From positions 1 through 55,372 of IMG/VR virus record IMGVR_UViG_3300027978_000009: 55,372 bases of DNA; one strand, written 5' to 3'. The position numbers and the translations under genes are program-made. The DNA comes from a virus. Taxonomy: Duplodnaviria > Caudoviricetes. Positions within the stretch are counted from its first letter, which is position 1; every line of letters begins with the position of its first letter. Below the pieces are notes generated by a model that saw only the letters and a program-made list of their open reading frames with translations, was not told the DNA's origin and ran no database searches. Below are positions 7,778 through 17,402 of this stretch, piece by piece.

Positions 7778-7806
7778 ATTGTATCACATGAGCGCTACTG
7801 TGTAAA
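7778..7806 (-). promoter_or_regulatory. sigma70 promoter P5 (TTTACA-17-TACAAT) containing a perfect operator-like palindrome
   Basis: Minus strand TTTACA cagtagcgctcatgtga TACAAT. CACA-tg-AGCGCT-ac-TGTG at 7785-7802. Confidence 0.85.
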
Positions 7807-7831
7807 GGGGAGGTTTATCTTGGGGAATCAG

Positions 7832-9937
7832 CTACTTAGAGTAGATGGGAAAGTAGGTAATCTGATTATAGTTCGCATCAGTAGAACCAATGAGATCAGC
7901 TTCATGCAAGTCATCAATGATTTGATCGCGACGTCGTGCGTCGAGTCCTCGCGTGTTGCGGACAATAACCGTGTGCGGTACGAAGCCTGCTTTTAATGCA
8001 GCGCGTTGATTGTCTGTCGTTGCAGAACCCATGTACTTGTGCGGGGTGTTGATGATGCGCTCGATCTTAAATGAATCCTTCTCGGTGTAGTTGTCACCCG
8101 ATGCCGTGTGCCTGACTTTTTCTTCCCAACAGTTATTACTCCACGTCACAAGCTTGAGCGCCCATTCGCAGATGTCTATGTCGATGACAGGTCGATGAGA
8201 ATCTACGCCTATCGCTACGAGACCAGCGCAGATGAGTGCGTTCTGATTTGCACGACCCCACGTACTCTGTCCGCCCATCGTGCGACGACGGGAGACCTCT
8301 TCGAATTCTTGAAATGCAGTGAACGTTCGCGTGTCTGCAAATTTCACTTGCGTGAAGTCACCGTCCATAGGCTCATGATCGCGTAACAGTTTTGCATGCC
8401 TGTTTATTGCAGATGGGAATACATGACTGCGTCTAGCATTGACTGGGGTGTACTCAGTGCCAGTGTCGAACAGAATGAATCGATTCACGAAGCCCGTCTC
8501 GGAGGCAGCACTTGTTAAGGCCTCCATCAGCATGTCAGGCTGAGCAGTTGCCAACACAGTTAAGAAAGGGTTTTCGAGAGGCGGAATTGTCTGCTTACGA
8601 CCTGGGGATCCCGGCACCCATTTGTTGCCCGCACCGTACAGTGAGATGACGTGACTCAAGATTGCAAAGTCTGGTGAGTTAACTTTCTTCGCGCCTGACA
8701 TGTAACGAGCTGCTTCATCCCAAAGCCACGAGCCCATGCCGACCTCACCTAACACGTCGAGCATCGAGTAATACGATTGGAATCCTGCGAACACAGTGTC
8801 ATCGAGTTTTAGCTTGTGCCCAAACTTACTGACGGCACGCAACGCGGATTCCTTACCACCACCAGTTGGTGCAGTCACCATCAGGTACGGCTGCAGTGGA
8901 GTGTCCCAGCTTTCGATTGTGTAGTTGTTGCAGCTCGCCATCGCAGTGCACATGATTCCTGCGGCCAAGCCAAAGATCGGTTGATCGATAAAGTTTTCAC
9001 GATTAGCCCACTGGGTAATCTCACCAACCAGACCCGGAACCTCAAGCAACCCCACATCGAAACCTAGCTTGGCAGGGCTGGCTTTCATCTTCGGTGGATC
9101 CATCACCAACTTGCCTTCCATCTTGCCGCCTTGCGTCCACCTACGCAGTGCTGCAATCACCGGCATGCTCATCCAACCTTCGAGTGTTGAACTTCCCTTT
9201 GTGCGATCACCTGCCAGATGTTTTTCGATGGTGTTCCTGACCGTGTTCTTTCGATCAGTCATTTCGGTTTCTTCGAGCTGCACGACAGTGAGCACAGCTT
9301 CGATAACACGAACAATTTTATCGGTCGGCCACTCTGCGTGACACAACGTCCCCGTCATTGCATGCACGTAGTCGTGGCGTGAACCTGACTCGGGGTAGAA
9401 GTGAACAAAGACGGACGCAACTGCAATCTCATCGCAGTAACGTTCCATGTCCATTTTGGTTACTTGAGTAAAATCGACATCATCATGCGTGAAGTACATG
9501 CCACCTTCTGGATGTCTCGACGGTGGTATTACAGATTGTGCACCCGTGGATCTGATCTCGACGATGGTGCCCAGTTCCTGGGTCTGCCACTTCTTCGTCT
9601 GCGCGCCGATCACTCGGAAAATGTAGTGAGAGTATTCTTTGCCGGTTCGACCGTAAGTGAACGTCTCAGGGAGGAGGTGTTCGGCCACCCAGACAGCCTC
9701 TTCCATGTCCAGATCGATGTCGGTTGCGTGGTCAGAAGCGTCGCCCCATAGCGCACCGATGTTGTCGCCGAGGTGAAACGCTCCATTATCCAAATCTTCT
9801 TGGACGAGCCGTAAATGAGGCCAATCCTTTGCCTTGGGCCGTTTTGACCTGCTCCGGAGCGGAACTGTGTATACGTTTTTCTCTAACCAGTACTCTGCGG
9901 TTTGCGTTGGATCGAACCCTGCTTTATTCTGTGCCAT
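7832..9937 (-). CDS. Prim-Pol primase fused to a DUF3987-type P-loop helicase-like domain
   Basis: N-terminal VPLRSRSKRP..DW..NIGALWG..DIDLD..SHY..PPSRHP. C-terminal TAPTGGGKE (Walker A) and WLWDEA (Walker B). Probable start ATG 9937 after AAAGGA; the ORF is open to 9988. Confidence 0.88.
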   Translation of the reverse strand: MAQNKAGFDPTQTAEYWLEKNVYTVPLRSRSKRPKAKDWPHLRLVQEDLDNGAFHLGDNIGALWGDASDHATDIDLDMEEAVWVAEHLLPETFTYGRTGKEYSHYIFRVIGAQTKKWQTQELGTIVEIRSTGAQSVIPPSRHPEGGMYFTHDDVDFTQVTKMDMERYCDEIAVASVFVHFYPESGSRHDYVHAMTGTLCHAEWPTDKIVRVIEAVLTVVQLEETEMTDRKNTVRNTIEKHLAGDRTKGSSTLEGWMSMPVIAALRRWTQGGKMEGKLVMDPPKMKASPAKLGFDVGLLEVPGLVGEITQWANRENFIDQPIFGLAAGIMCTAMASCNNYTIESWDTPLQPYLMVTAPTGGGKESALRAVSKFGHKLKLDDTVFAGFQSYYSMLDVLGEVGMGSWLWDEAARYMSGAKKVNSPDFAILSHVISLYGAGNKWVPGSPGRKQTIPPLENPFLTVLATAQPDMLMEALTSAASETGFVNRFILFDTGTEYTPVNARRSHVFPSAINRHAKLLRDHEPMDGDFTQVKFADTRTFTAFQEFEEVSRRRTMGGQSTWGRANQNALICAGLVAIGVDSHRPVIDIDICEWALKLVTWSNNCWEEKVRHTASGDNYTEKDSFKIERIINTPHKYMGSATTDNQRAALKAGFVPHTVIVRNTRGLDARRRDQIIDDLHEADLIGSTDANYNQITYFPIYSK

Positions 9938-9962
9938 CTCGTTCCTTTGTTGGATGGGTACC

Positions 9963-10008
9963 GGAGAGGGAGTTGTAATCACCGTCACGGGACTTGCACT
10001 CCCTCTCC
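9963..10008. promoter_or_regulatory. long inverted repeat between the divergent primase and polymerase genes
   Basis: GGAGAGGGAGT (9963-9973) pairs with ACTCCCTCTCC (9998-10008), with further internal pairing. Confidence 0.6.
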
Positions 10009-10096
10009 AAATTTATTGAGTCTTTATTCTGTGCTGGGTCGGTCATCCTAGCAGAGCCAACAGGAGACTGGAAATGGTCTTGACTTTCGCAGACTC

Positions 10097-12595
10097 ATGC
10101 CGAGTCTGAACCCAAACTGTACCGAGTGTAAACTCCACACTAGCGCTAGCACCGTGTGTATGGCTGGTGATGGGCCGCGCAAAAACCCCAAAATTGTGGT
10201 GGTCGGTGACGCGCCCAAATCGTTAGATGACAAACGGGGCAAGCCTTTCATGGACGAAGGTGGCCGAATACTACGCGGTGAGTTTCAACGAAACGGCTTA
10301 CTCGAAGATGCTTACCTGACAACACTCATTAAGTGCCGCACTCCGAAAGATCGCGCACCTACCGCAGGAGAAATTAAAGCCTGCCGCCCCTACCTCGAAC
10401 AACAACTCGCAGATTTAGATCCCGCTTACGTCGTCACTGTCGGAGTGCCGCCGACGAAAACGCTCTTCCGAGGCAAGGCGAAGATCAACCAATTCCACGG
10501 AGAAGTCATAGAGAATCCCAAAGTCAGTTACGTCGGGATGCCCCTCTTCCATCCGGCTTATACGCTCCGCGATCCGTCGAAGCTTCCCGGATTTCAAGAC
10601 GACATTAGTAGGCTCGCCCGCCTCATGCAGGGTGGCTTGCGAAACGACACAGTTGAATGGAACGTTGTCCGGAAGGGTAACCTCGACACCTTCATTGCTG
10701 AGTTTGAGGAGGCAACCGAATTCGCATACGACTGCGAGACATCTGGGCTTTTCCCATTCGATAAAGACGGGTACGTCACCGCAGTGTGTATCGCGTTGGA
10801 ACACAGAACCTGGGTTATTCCCGGCTTTATGCATCCGGAGTTCCAGCGATTTTCCCACTCCCCGTTTGCCCACGGAAATGCTCTTCGCAAACTTATGCAG
10901 CTTCTGTTTTTTCTTGCTCATCGTGATGGTAAGAAAGCTTACGCGCAGAATGGGAAGTTCGATAACAAATGGATGCGCTGTAAGTTCGGTGGCTCCTTCA
11001 GGCTTGCCTTCGATAGTATGCTCGCACATCACGTCCTCGATGAAAACCTAGCCCACGATCTGACCAGTCTGTGTCGCACCTATCTCGACGAGCCTGAGTA
11101 CGACATCCCGCTCGAAGAAAAGCAGGGCAAATCCACCAAGCCCCTGCGCAACTACAAATACTGTGCAGCCGATGGTGCGTATACCTTCCGGCTCGTCAAG
11201 CTATTCAAGGAAATGCTACGCCTCGAACCAGAGCTGCACCGGCTGTTTTGGAAGCTCGTAATGCCAGGGGCTCGTGCGATGGAAGATGCCGAGATGGAAG
11301 GCATGAACATGAACGTAGCTGCGCGAAAAGAGATCGGCATGCAGCTGCTGTCCAAGAAGATCACACTGCAGCACGAGCTGAATGACATCGCTGGCTACGA
11401 GATGAACTGGGACTCACCAGCACAGATCGGCAAGCTGTTCTATGACGAGCTGGGCCTCAAGTGCACGGTCAAAACAAAGAAGGGTGCGAACTCAACATCG
11501 GAGGCCGCACTGCTCGATCTCAAAGGCAAGCACAAAGTTGTGGACATGCTCCTCGACTACCGTGGCACCGGCAAGATGTTCAACACGTACATCAAGGGCT
11601 GGCAGAAATATCGCGTCGGCAACAAGTACTACTTCGATTACAAACTGCACGGCACCAAGACGGGACGTTACTCGTCACCGCTGCATCCTATTCCACGGGA
11701 CGGGATGATCCGCAACCTGATGGAAGCGCCTGAGGGTTGGACATTCGTCGCCATGGATCTTTCCACGGCAGAGATGCGCATTGCCGCTCACCTGTCGCGT
11801 GATCCGGAAATGTCACGGTGCTTCAAGAAAGGCATTGATGTACACTGGCGCACCCTGATGGAGGTGCTCGCAACGAGTCCGCAAAGTGAGTTAACCGACC
11901 TCGTCTGGGTGACAGCTGAATTACTTGGTGGTGAATGCACCAGCTACTCGGACTGCCTCAACACGATGATGGAGGCAGGCCCGAAAGCCTGCATCAAAGT
12001 CGAGCCTTTCTGGTACGAGGGTAGAACGAGAGCGAAAGCAATCAACTTCGGATTCATCTACGGAATGCACGAAAACAAATTCATGGAAATGGCGAAGCAA
12101 GACTATGGTTGGGACGCGTCAATGGAGGAGGCAAAGAATGCACGTCGTGCGTACTTCCGACTCTACAATCGTCTCGACCCATGGCACACCAAAGTCAAAC
12201 GCCTCGCTCGATCACAAGAACATGTGCGTTGTCTCACCGGCAGACTGCGCAGACTCCCAGGAATTCGAGCCAAGGATCGCTTCGTGAAATCTGAAGCAGA
12301 ACGCCAAGCGCTCAACTCAGGCGTGCAAGCTTTGATCGGCGACTACAAAGCCATGCTGGTTGTCGAGATCCACCAAACATTTTCGCGTAAGAAAGTACGC
12401 CTCGTCGGTGAACACCACGATGCCGTACTGACCATTGTAAAGAACGAACACCTCGACGAATGCGTCCCGCAAATGCTGGAAATGGCAAAACGTCCCAAAC
12501 TTATGGACACATTTAAGATACACTTGAGCGTTCCGATGGAAGGCGAAGCAGAACTAGGCCCATGGGGCAAAGGAGAGAAGTATGTCGTCGCTTGA
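10097..12595 (+). CDS. polA: family A DNA polymerase with N-terminal family-4 uracil-DNA-glycosylase-like domain and 3'-5' exonuclease
   Basis: UDG-like part: CTEC, VVVGDAP, KPF, KCR, ACRPYL, HPAY. Exonuclease: YDCETSG, NGKFD, YCAAD. Polymerase: TGRYSS, motif A DLSTAEMR, motif B RTRAKAINFGFIYG, motif C HHDA. Confidence 0.95.
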   Translation: MPSLNPNCTECKLHTSASTVCMAGDGPRKNPKIVVVGDAPKSLDDKRGKPFMDEGGRILRGEFQRNGLLEDAYLTTLIKCRTPKDRAPTAGEIKACRPYLEQQLADLDPAYVVTVGVPPTKTLFRGKAKINQFHGEVIENPKVSYVGMPLFHPAYTLRDPSKLPGFQDDISRLARLMQGGLRNDTVEWNVVRKGNLDTFIAEFEEATEFAYDCETSGLFPFDKDGYVTAVCIALEHRTWVIPGFMHPEFQRFSHSPFAHGNALRKLMQLLFFLAHRDGKKAYAQNGKFDNKWMRCKFGGSFRLAFDSMLAHHVLDENLAHDLTSLCRTYLDEPEYDIPLEEKQGKSTKPLRNYKYCAADGAYTFRLVKLFKEMLRLEPELHRLFWKLVMPGARAMEDAEMEGMNMNVAARKEIGMQLLSKKITLQHELNDIAGYEMNWDSPAQIGKLFYDELGLKCTVKTKKGANSTSEAALLDLKGKHKVVDMLLDYRGTGKMFNTYIKGWQKYRVGNKYYFDYKLHGTKTGRYSSPLHPIPRDGMIRNLMEAPEGWTFVAMDLSTAEMRIAAHLSRDPEMSRCFKKGIDVHWRTLMEVLATSPQSELTDLVWVTAELLGGECTSYSDCLNTMMEAGPKACIKVEPFWYEGRTRAKAINFGFIYGMHENKFMEMAKQDYGWDASMEEAKNARRAYFRLYNRLDPWHTKVKRLARSQEHVRCLTGRLRRLPGIRAKDRFVKSEAERQALNSGVQALIGDYKAMLVVEIHQTFSRKKVRLVGEHHDAVLTIVKNEHLDECVPQMLEMAKRPKLMDTFKIHLSVPMEGEAELGPWGKGEKYVVA

Positions 12596-12833
12596 AGAGA
12601 TGGTGACTAAGCAAAAAGAGCTGGTCAACAAAGGCTATCAGATCGACAGCATCACATGCGCGGCACACATGTTGGTTGCTGAGAGGTTAGGTGAGATTTC
12701 CGAACAATTAAAAGTCTTGACCACGCCGACAATCACGCACGATCCTCGCATTCCGATGCCGAAGATTGGTCCGCTACCAACCATTGAGGAAACGATTGAA
12801 AAGGAGCTGGAGGAAACTGATGGAGACAATTAG
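12582..12833 (+). CDS. hypothetical protein
   Basis: AGGAG RBS. Overlaps both neighbours in the operon. Confidence 0.7.
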   Translation: MSSLEEMVTKQKELVNKGYQIDSITCAAHMLVAERLGEISEQLKVLTTPTITHDPRIPMPKIGPLPTIEETIEKELEETDGDN

Positions 12834-13821
12834 TTACAGCGAAGTCAGCGCATACAGACGCTGCCCGAAATCTTGGGATTACAAGTACAAGCAACGCATC
12901 AAACGCAAGCGCAAAGGCGTACGTCTCCTGATCGGATCCATCCTGCACGAAATGCTCAACGCTTACATCGAGCGCAAAATCGATTCGAGTTACGACGGGC
13001 CTGACCCGTGGGACGTGCTCGAAGAGTACAACGAAACGTACTCAGCCTATTTCGAAGAAGAGCGTGACAAGTACGGTGACATTGTGGGGAATTGTGGGCA
13101 GATCTTCGAGGGTTACCTTCGCAAGTACCGCAAAGATACGCTGACCTACGAAGCAAGTGAGATCAAGATTGAACTCGATCTCAGCGAGCTAGGGAGCAAT
13201 GCCATCCCGGTCATCTTCATCGGCTTCGTCGATAAGATTGCAGTCGATCAACAGAAGCGTCGCTGGATCATGGATCATAAATTCATGAAGAGCATCCCAG
13301 ATGGCGAAGCTAGGTTCTCTGAGCTGCAGTTGCTCCTCTACGTGTGGACGTACGGCATGCAAGCACCATCTGAAAAGATCGATGGTGTCTGTTGGGATTA
13401 CGCTCGTTCGAAGCCGCCCACTGTGCCCGAGGTGCTGAAGAGTGGTGAGCTGAGCAAGCGTAAGAACCTGGACTGCGACCCGTACACGTACCTCAAAACG
13501 GTTCGCAAGCACGGGCTCGATGACAAGAACTACGTTGACATGCTCGAACACTTGGCCGGGAAGGAAGACACCTTCTTCGAACGCGTGTTCCTTCCGCTCC
13601 CGAACACCGACATGGTTGTGGAGGTGGTGAGTGATTTCCTGCAAACCACCGCAGAGATTCAGGCCAAGCGTGAAGACGGTCGATGTGCTCGCAGCATGTC
13701 TCCATTCAACTGCGCAACGTGTGACTTTCGTCCGCTGTGTGAAGCCGAGGTCCGAGGCCTCGACGCTGACTTCATTCGCAAGAGCGAGTACGAAGAGAGA
13801 GGTAGCCACGATGGCTCTTAA
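12820..13821 (+). CDS. Cas4/RecB-like PD-(D/E)XK exonuclease
   Basis: ISYS...RCP, E-x-K-I, GFVD, DHK, QL..Y, and C-terminal C..NCATCDFRPLC. GGAGG RBS before ATG 12820. Confidence 0.9.
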   Translation: METISYSEVSAYRRCPKSWDYKYKQRIKRKRKGVRLLIGSILHEMLNAYIERKIDSSYDGPDPWDVLEEYNETYSAYFEEERDKYGDIVGNCGQIFEGYLRKYRKDTLTYEASEIKIELDLSELGSNAIPVIFIGFVDKIAVDQQKRRWIMDHKFMKSIPDGEARFSELQLLLYVWTYGMQAPSEKIDGVCWDYARSKPPTVPEVLKSGELSKRKNLDCDPYTYLKTVRKHGLDDKNYVDMLEHLAGKEDTFFERVFLPLPNTDMVVEVVSDFLQTTAEIQAKREDGRCARSMSPFNCATCDFRPLCEAEVRGLDADFIRKSEYEERGSHDGS

Positions 13822-14683
13822 AAAGAAAACACTGGGCAAGAAAGTTGCTCGCAAGAAGCTGGGCAAAAAGAAACCAGCACCGAAGCCCACAAGCTCGATC
13901 CTCGACAAGATCAAGCCAGTCACGCAGCTCAAAACCAATACCGTGATGATGGTGTACGGTCGCTCCGGCACGGGTAAGACGCACTTCGGTTCGACGTTCC
14001 CCAAGCCGATCCTGTTCATCGACACTAACGAGCGCGGCACCGAGACGATTGCCCAAGAAGAAGACATTGATGTCGTGCGCGTTACCGAGTGGACTGAGAT
14101 CGACGAGCTGTACTGGGCGTTGCTCAACAAAGAGACCGAGGTTGATTACAAGTCTATCGTCATCGATCAGGTGAGCAATCTCCAGGATATCGGCATGGCT
14201 GAGGTGCTGCGTAAAGGTCGCAAGGGACGTGACGAGACTTTCACGCAACGCAACTGGGGACAATTGTCCGGAATGCTGAAGCAGTTCATCAGCGACTTCC
14301 GTGACCTGTCTGATCATTACAATTTACTTTTGATTGCGCACGAGCGTGTCAACGACGGAGGCGATGAGGATGAAGATTCCATCGAGCCAAGCATCGGTGC
14401 ACGCGTAATGCCATCAGTAAGCTCTTTCCTCGATGGCGCAGTAGACGCTATCGGTTCCACGTTTATTAAGGAGCGCTGGGAAACGGAAGATAAAGAAGAA
14501 GTACGGCATGTGGACTACTGTATGCGAATCGGCCCACACGCATTCTACTCGACAAAGATTCGCAGACCAGTAGCCGCTGGTGCGATCCCTGAACTGATCG
14601 TCAATCCGACGTTCAAGAAAATCAAGGATCTGACCCTCGGCAAATCCAAACCGAAACGAAAAGTAGTTAGGAGAAAAAGCTAA
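13811..14683 (+). CDS. Sak4-like AAA ATPase (single-strand annealing/recombination)
   Basis: YGRSGTGKT, FIDTNERG, IVIDQ, WG, LIAHE. Sits between the exonuclease and an SSB-like gene. Confidence 0.85.
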   Translation: MALKKKTLGKKVARKKLGKKKPAPKPTSSILDKIKPVTQLKTNTVMMVYGRSGTGKTHFGSTFPKPILFIDTNERGTETIAQEEDIDVVRVTEWTEIDELYWALLNKETEVDYKSIVIDQVSNLQDIGMAEVLRKGRKGRDETFTQRNWGQLSGMLKQFISDFRDLSDHYNLLLIAHERVNDGGDEDEDSIEPSIGARVMPSVSSFLDGAVDAIGSTFIKERWETEDKEEVRHVDYCMRIGPHAFYSTKIRRPVAAGAIPELIVNPTFKKIKDLTLGKSKPKRKVVRRKS

Positions 14684-15468
14684 TGGCAACGAGAAAGAAG
14701 CGTCCTGCAAAGAAGGCCGCAAAAAAGAAAGCAACACGTGGGCGACGGGGCAAGAGCGCCAATGTAGTCTCCGTTGATTTTACTGATGTGGAGGCCGGGG
14801 GTGGTATGCCCACGCCTGACGGTTACTACGTCGCTGAGTGCATGAGTGCTGAAATGGAAGCCAGCCAAGCAGGCAACGACATGATCGTTGTCAGATGGAA
14901 AACGAACATCGGTTCGACAGTGTTTGACCGGTTCGTTCTAGTGCCACAGGCTCTCTGGGTGCTGCGTACAGCGCTCAATTGCATGGGGTACGACACACCT
15001 GATGGTCCATTCGAGTTCGACCCTACTGATCTGGTCGGCAACACACTCGGTTTGGAGATCGTTAACGAGGAGTACGAAGAGAAGGACCAGCCTCGTGTTA
15101 CTGGCTACCTCACTGAGGAAGTGGCGAAGCAGTACGTCGAAGAAGGTGGTGGCAGCGTAGACGAAGAAGAGGAAGAAGAGCCCGAAGAAGAAGAGGAAGA
15201 GCCTGAAGAGGAAGAAGAAGACGAGGGCGAAGAAGAAGAAGAAGAGGCTCCACCTCCGAAGAAGAAAGCTGCGAAGAAGAAAGCATCCAAGAAAAAGGCA
15301 CCGCGCAAATCCAGCGCCTTGCGTCCGGGTGCCCGTGTCAGCTTCGAAGATGAAGATGGCAACGACATCGAGGGTGTTATTGAAGGCCTCGAAGACGACA
15401 TTGCAGTAGTCGTCGATGACGAGGAGGGTGAGTGGGAAATTCCGGTCGGTGAGTTGAAGAAAGCTTAG
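14683..15468 (+). CDS. DUF669-like ssDNA-binding protein with basic N-terminus, poly-Glu tract and C-terminal SH3-like domain
   Basis: DFTDVE..PDGYY....S.AGN.M....ALW.L...G....D...LVG pattern, in the Sak4-SSB context. Confidence 0.75.
   Translation: MATRKKRPAKKAAKKKATRGRRGKSANVVSVDFTDVEAGGGMPTPDGYYVAECMSAEMEASQAGNDMIVVRWKTNIGSTVFDRFVLVPQALWVLRTALNCMGYDTPDGPFEFDPTDLVGNTLGLEIVNEEYEEKDQPRVTGYLTEEVAKQYVEEGGGSVDEEEEEEPEEEEEEPEEEEEDEGEEEEEEAPPPKKKAAKKKASKKKAPRKSSALRPGARVSFEDEDGNDIEGVIEGLEDDIAVVVDDEEGEWEIPVGELKKA
15160..15246 (+). repeat. GAR-rich low-complexity tract encoding poly-Glu/Pro
   Basis: Encodes DEEEEEEPEEEEEEPEEEEEDEGEEEEEE. Confidence 0.85.
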
Positions 15469-16886
15469 TGATCAGGACGACCCTTCGTCCGTACCAGAGC
15501 AAAGCCGTCGCTGCAGCACGACAACACGATGGCTTTGCTCTTTTTCCGGAGCAGCGCACTGGAAAGTGTCTGATCTCGTTGGCTATCGTTGATGAGCGTA
15601 AGCCTGACGTGTTGATCATCCTGTGCCCAAAGAAAGCACTCAAGACCTGGGATGAACAGATCGACTTACACCTCGATCTCGACTGGGACTGTGAGATTTA
15701 CATCATCACGTACCAAGAGCCTGTCAAGAACATGGAGCTGCGCAAGCAGTGGTACAAGGAAACTCTGAAGTGGCAGAAAGACGGCGTCGATATGATGATC
15801 ATCGGCGACGAGATTCACTTCATTAAGAAACCGGGAGCTGCCCAGTCTCGGTTTGCACGCACGCTGGCTAAGCGTTGCAAATCTAAGCTAGCACTCAGCG
15901 GCACACCTGTCGATGAAGGTTACGAGCAGTACTGGGCAATCTTCGACTTCGTCGGCAAGAACGAAATCTTTGGCACGTACACGCAGTTCAAAGAGGATCA
16001 CTGCATCTACGAGATACGTGAGCGCAAAGATAAACGACAGTATCCCGTGCTCGTGGGTTACCGCTTCGAGGAAGAAGTCCTCAAGCTGGTGCACGAGTAC
16101 AGCTACCGCATCACGTTCAACGAGGCGCGTGTAGCCATGGGCAAGAGCCCAGTGAAGGTCCGTCGCAAGAAAGTGAAGTTCGACCTAACACGCAAGAGCC
16201 GTCATATTTATGACGAGCTGGAGAAGGATTTAGAAACCACCATCGGCGACATGACTGTTGACGTCCCGTTGCCCGTCACCCTGACGCAAAAACTGCAGCA
16301 GGTGTGCGGTGGTTTCCTGCTTTACCAAGAACGAATACCGGGCCAACGCAAGCGTAAGCGTACGGTCATACCGGTCGGCACGGAGAAGCTAGACAAATTG
16401 ATGCAACTGCTATCTGGTTTCGGAGACGAGAAGGCTGTCATTTGTTGTAGGTTTACGCACGAGATCGAGGCAATCGCGGAGCAGTTCGATGCCTTTCACT
16501 GGACGTACAAGATTATCTCAGGCAAGCACGAGTGGGATATGAAATTCGATGTGGACTTTGTCATCTTGCAGGTGAAGAGTGGTCTCGGTTTCGATCTGGC
16601 TGACGCGAACACGTACGTGCTCTACAGCTGGGACCATAGCCACATCACATTTGAGCAGGCGCGGTTCCGAATCATGAACATGGAGAACACCGTCTGGGTG
16701 AAGTACTACTTCCTCATGGCGAACGACACAATTGAAGGTGAGTATTATGAAGCGATTGCGAAAAAGAAGAGTTTCAACGACATCGTCCTCGACAAGTACC
16801 GGAGCAAAGAGGAAACAGCGAAGCGTGAAGGAACAGCTCGCAAAGGTGCGCGAAGAATTCGAAAAACCCGTGCTCTCCTTGCGTGA
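15468..16886 (+). CDS. SNF2-like (SF2) DNA helicase
   Basis: LRPYQ, EQRTGK, DEIH, LALSGTP, KLQQVCGGF, FEQARFRI. Confidence 0.88.
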   Translation: MIRTTLRPYQSKAVAAARQHDGFALFPEQRTGKCLISLAIVDERKPDVLIILCPKKALKTWDEQIDLHLDLDWDCEIYIITYQEPVKNMELRKQWYKETLKWQKDGVDMMIIGDEIHFIKKPGAAQSRFARTLAKRCKSKLALSGTPVDEGYEQYWAIFDFVGKNEIFGTYTQFKEDHCIYEIRERKDKRQYPVLVGYRFEEEVLKLVHEYSYRITFNEARVAMGKSPVKVRRKKVKFDLTRKSRHIYDELEKDLETTIGDMTVDVPLPVTLTQKLQQVCGGFLLYQERIPGQRKRKRTVIPVGTEKLDKLMQLLSGFGDEKAVICCRFTHEIEAIAEQFDAFHWTYKIISGKHEWDMKFDVDFVILQVKSGLGFDLADANTYVLYSWDHSHITFEQARFRIMNMENTVWVKYYFLMANDTIEGEYYEAIAKKKSFNDIVLDKYRSKEETAKREGTARKGARRIRKTRALLA

Positions 16887-16943
16887 ACGCCTATAGGTGA
16901 ATCTCAGAAAATCAGTCCAATATTTTGACGGGAAATACGTTTT

Positions 16944-17402
16944 ATGAAGGAATCGAATTTATGGGAGTGGCTGCGCGACATTGCGCTACCTCACGGGAGT
17001 TACTCACGTATCGAATCTCCAGATACTGCGCCAGGATTTCCTGACGTCCACTACCAAGTTGGAGACAAAGGTTGCGGCACCATAGAACTAAAAGCTAACC
17101 ATCGTGCAGCTAACGTACCCTTCCCAGACGAAGAGAAGGGGCTGCATACATCCCAGAAAAAATGGATCAAGCAGAACGTCAAGGAGGGAGGTGTCTGCTG
17201 GATCATTGCAGAAGTTCCCGGCATCATTTACATTATCCACGGGAAGGATGCCGAGAATTTCAATGGTGCCACCCATCTGGAACTGGAAGAGATGGCATGG
17301 AACGTGATGTCAAGAGACGATCCCAAAGGTGCCGTCGTCATTTTGGACGGGGCTCTAAGCGCATCAACTAACTACAGACTCTTCGGAGATTTTTATGGCT
17401 GA
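16944..17402 (+). CDS. VRR-NUC / Holliday-junction-resolvase-like PD-(D/E)XK nuclease
   Basis: MKES..W, RIE, GFPD, IELK, L..SQ..W...GG. Confidence 0.85.
   Translation: MKESNLWEWLRDIALPHGSYSRIESPDTAPGFPDVHYQVGDKGCGTIELKANHRAANVPFPDEEKGLHTSQKKWIKQNVKEGGVCWIIAEVPGIIYIIHGKDAENFNGATHLELEEMAWNVMSRDDPKGAVVILDGALSASTNYRLFGDFYG

Noticed and set aside
12820-13821. Cas4-like nuclease as evidence for a CRISPR-Cas system
   Set aside because: No repeat-spacer array or other cas genes. The exonuclease-Sak4-SSB context is a standard phage recombination module.
13189-14130. Long antisense ORFs (313 aa here; also 39068-39880, 23166-23915, 35261-35986, 54326-55024)
   Set aside because: They mirror well-supported genes on the opposite strand, lack RBSs and motifs, and are expected from codon bias.
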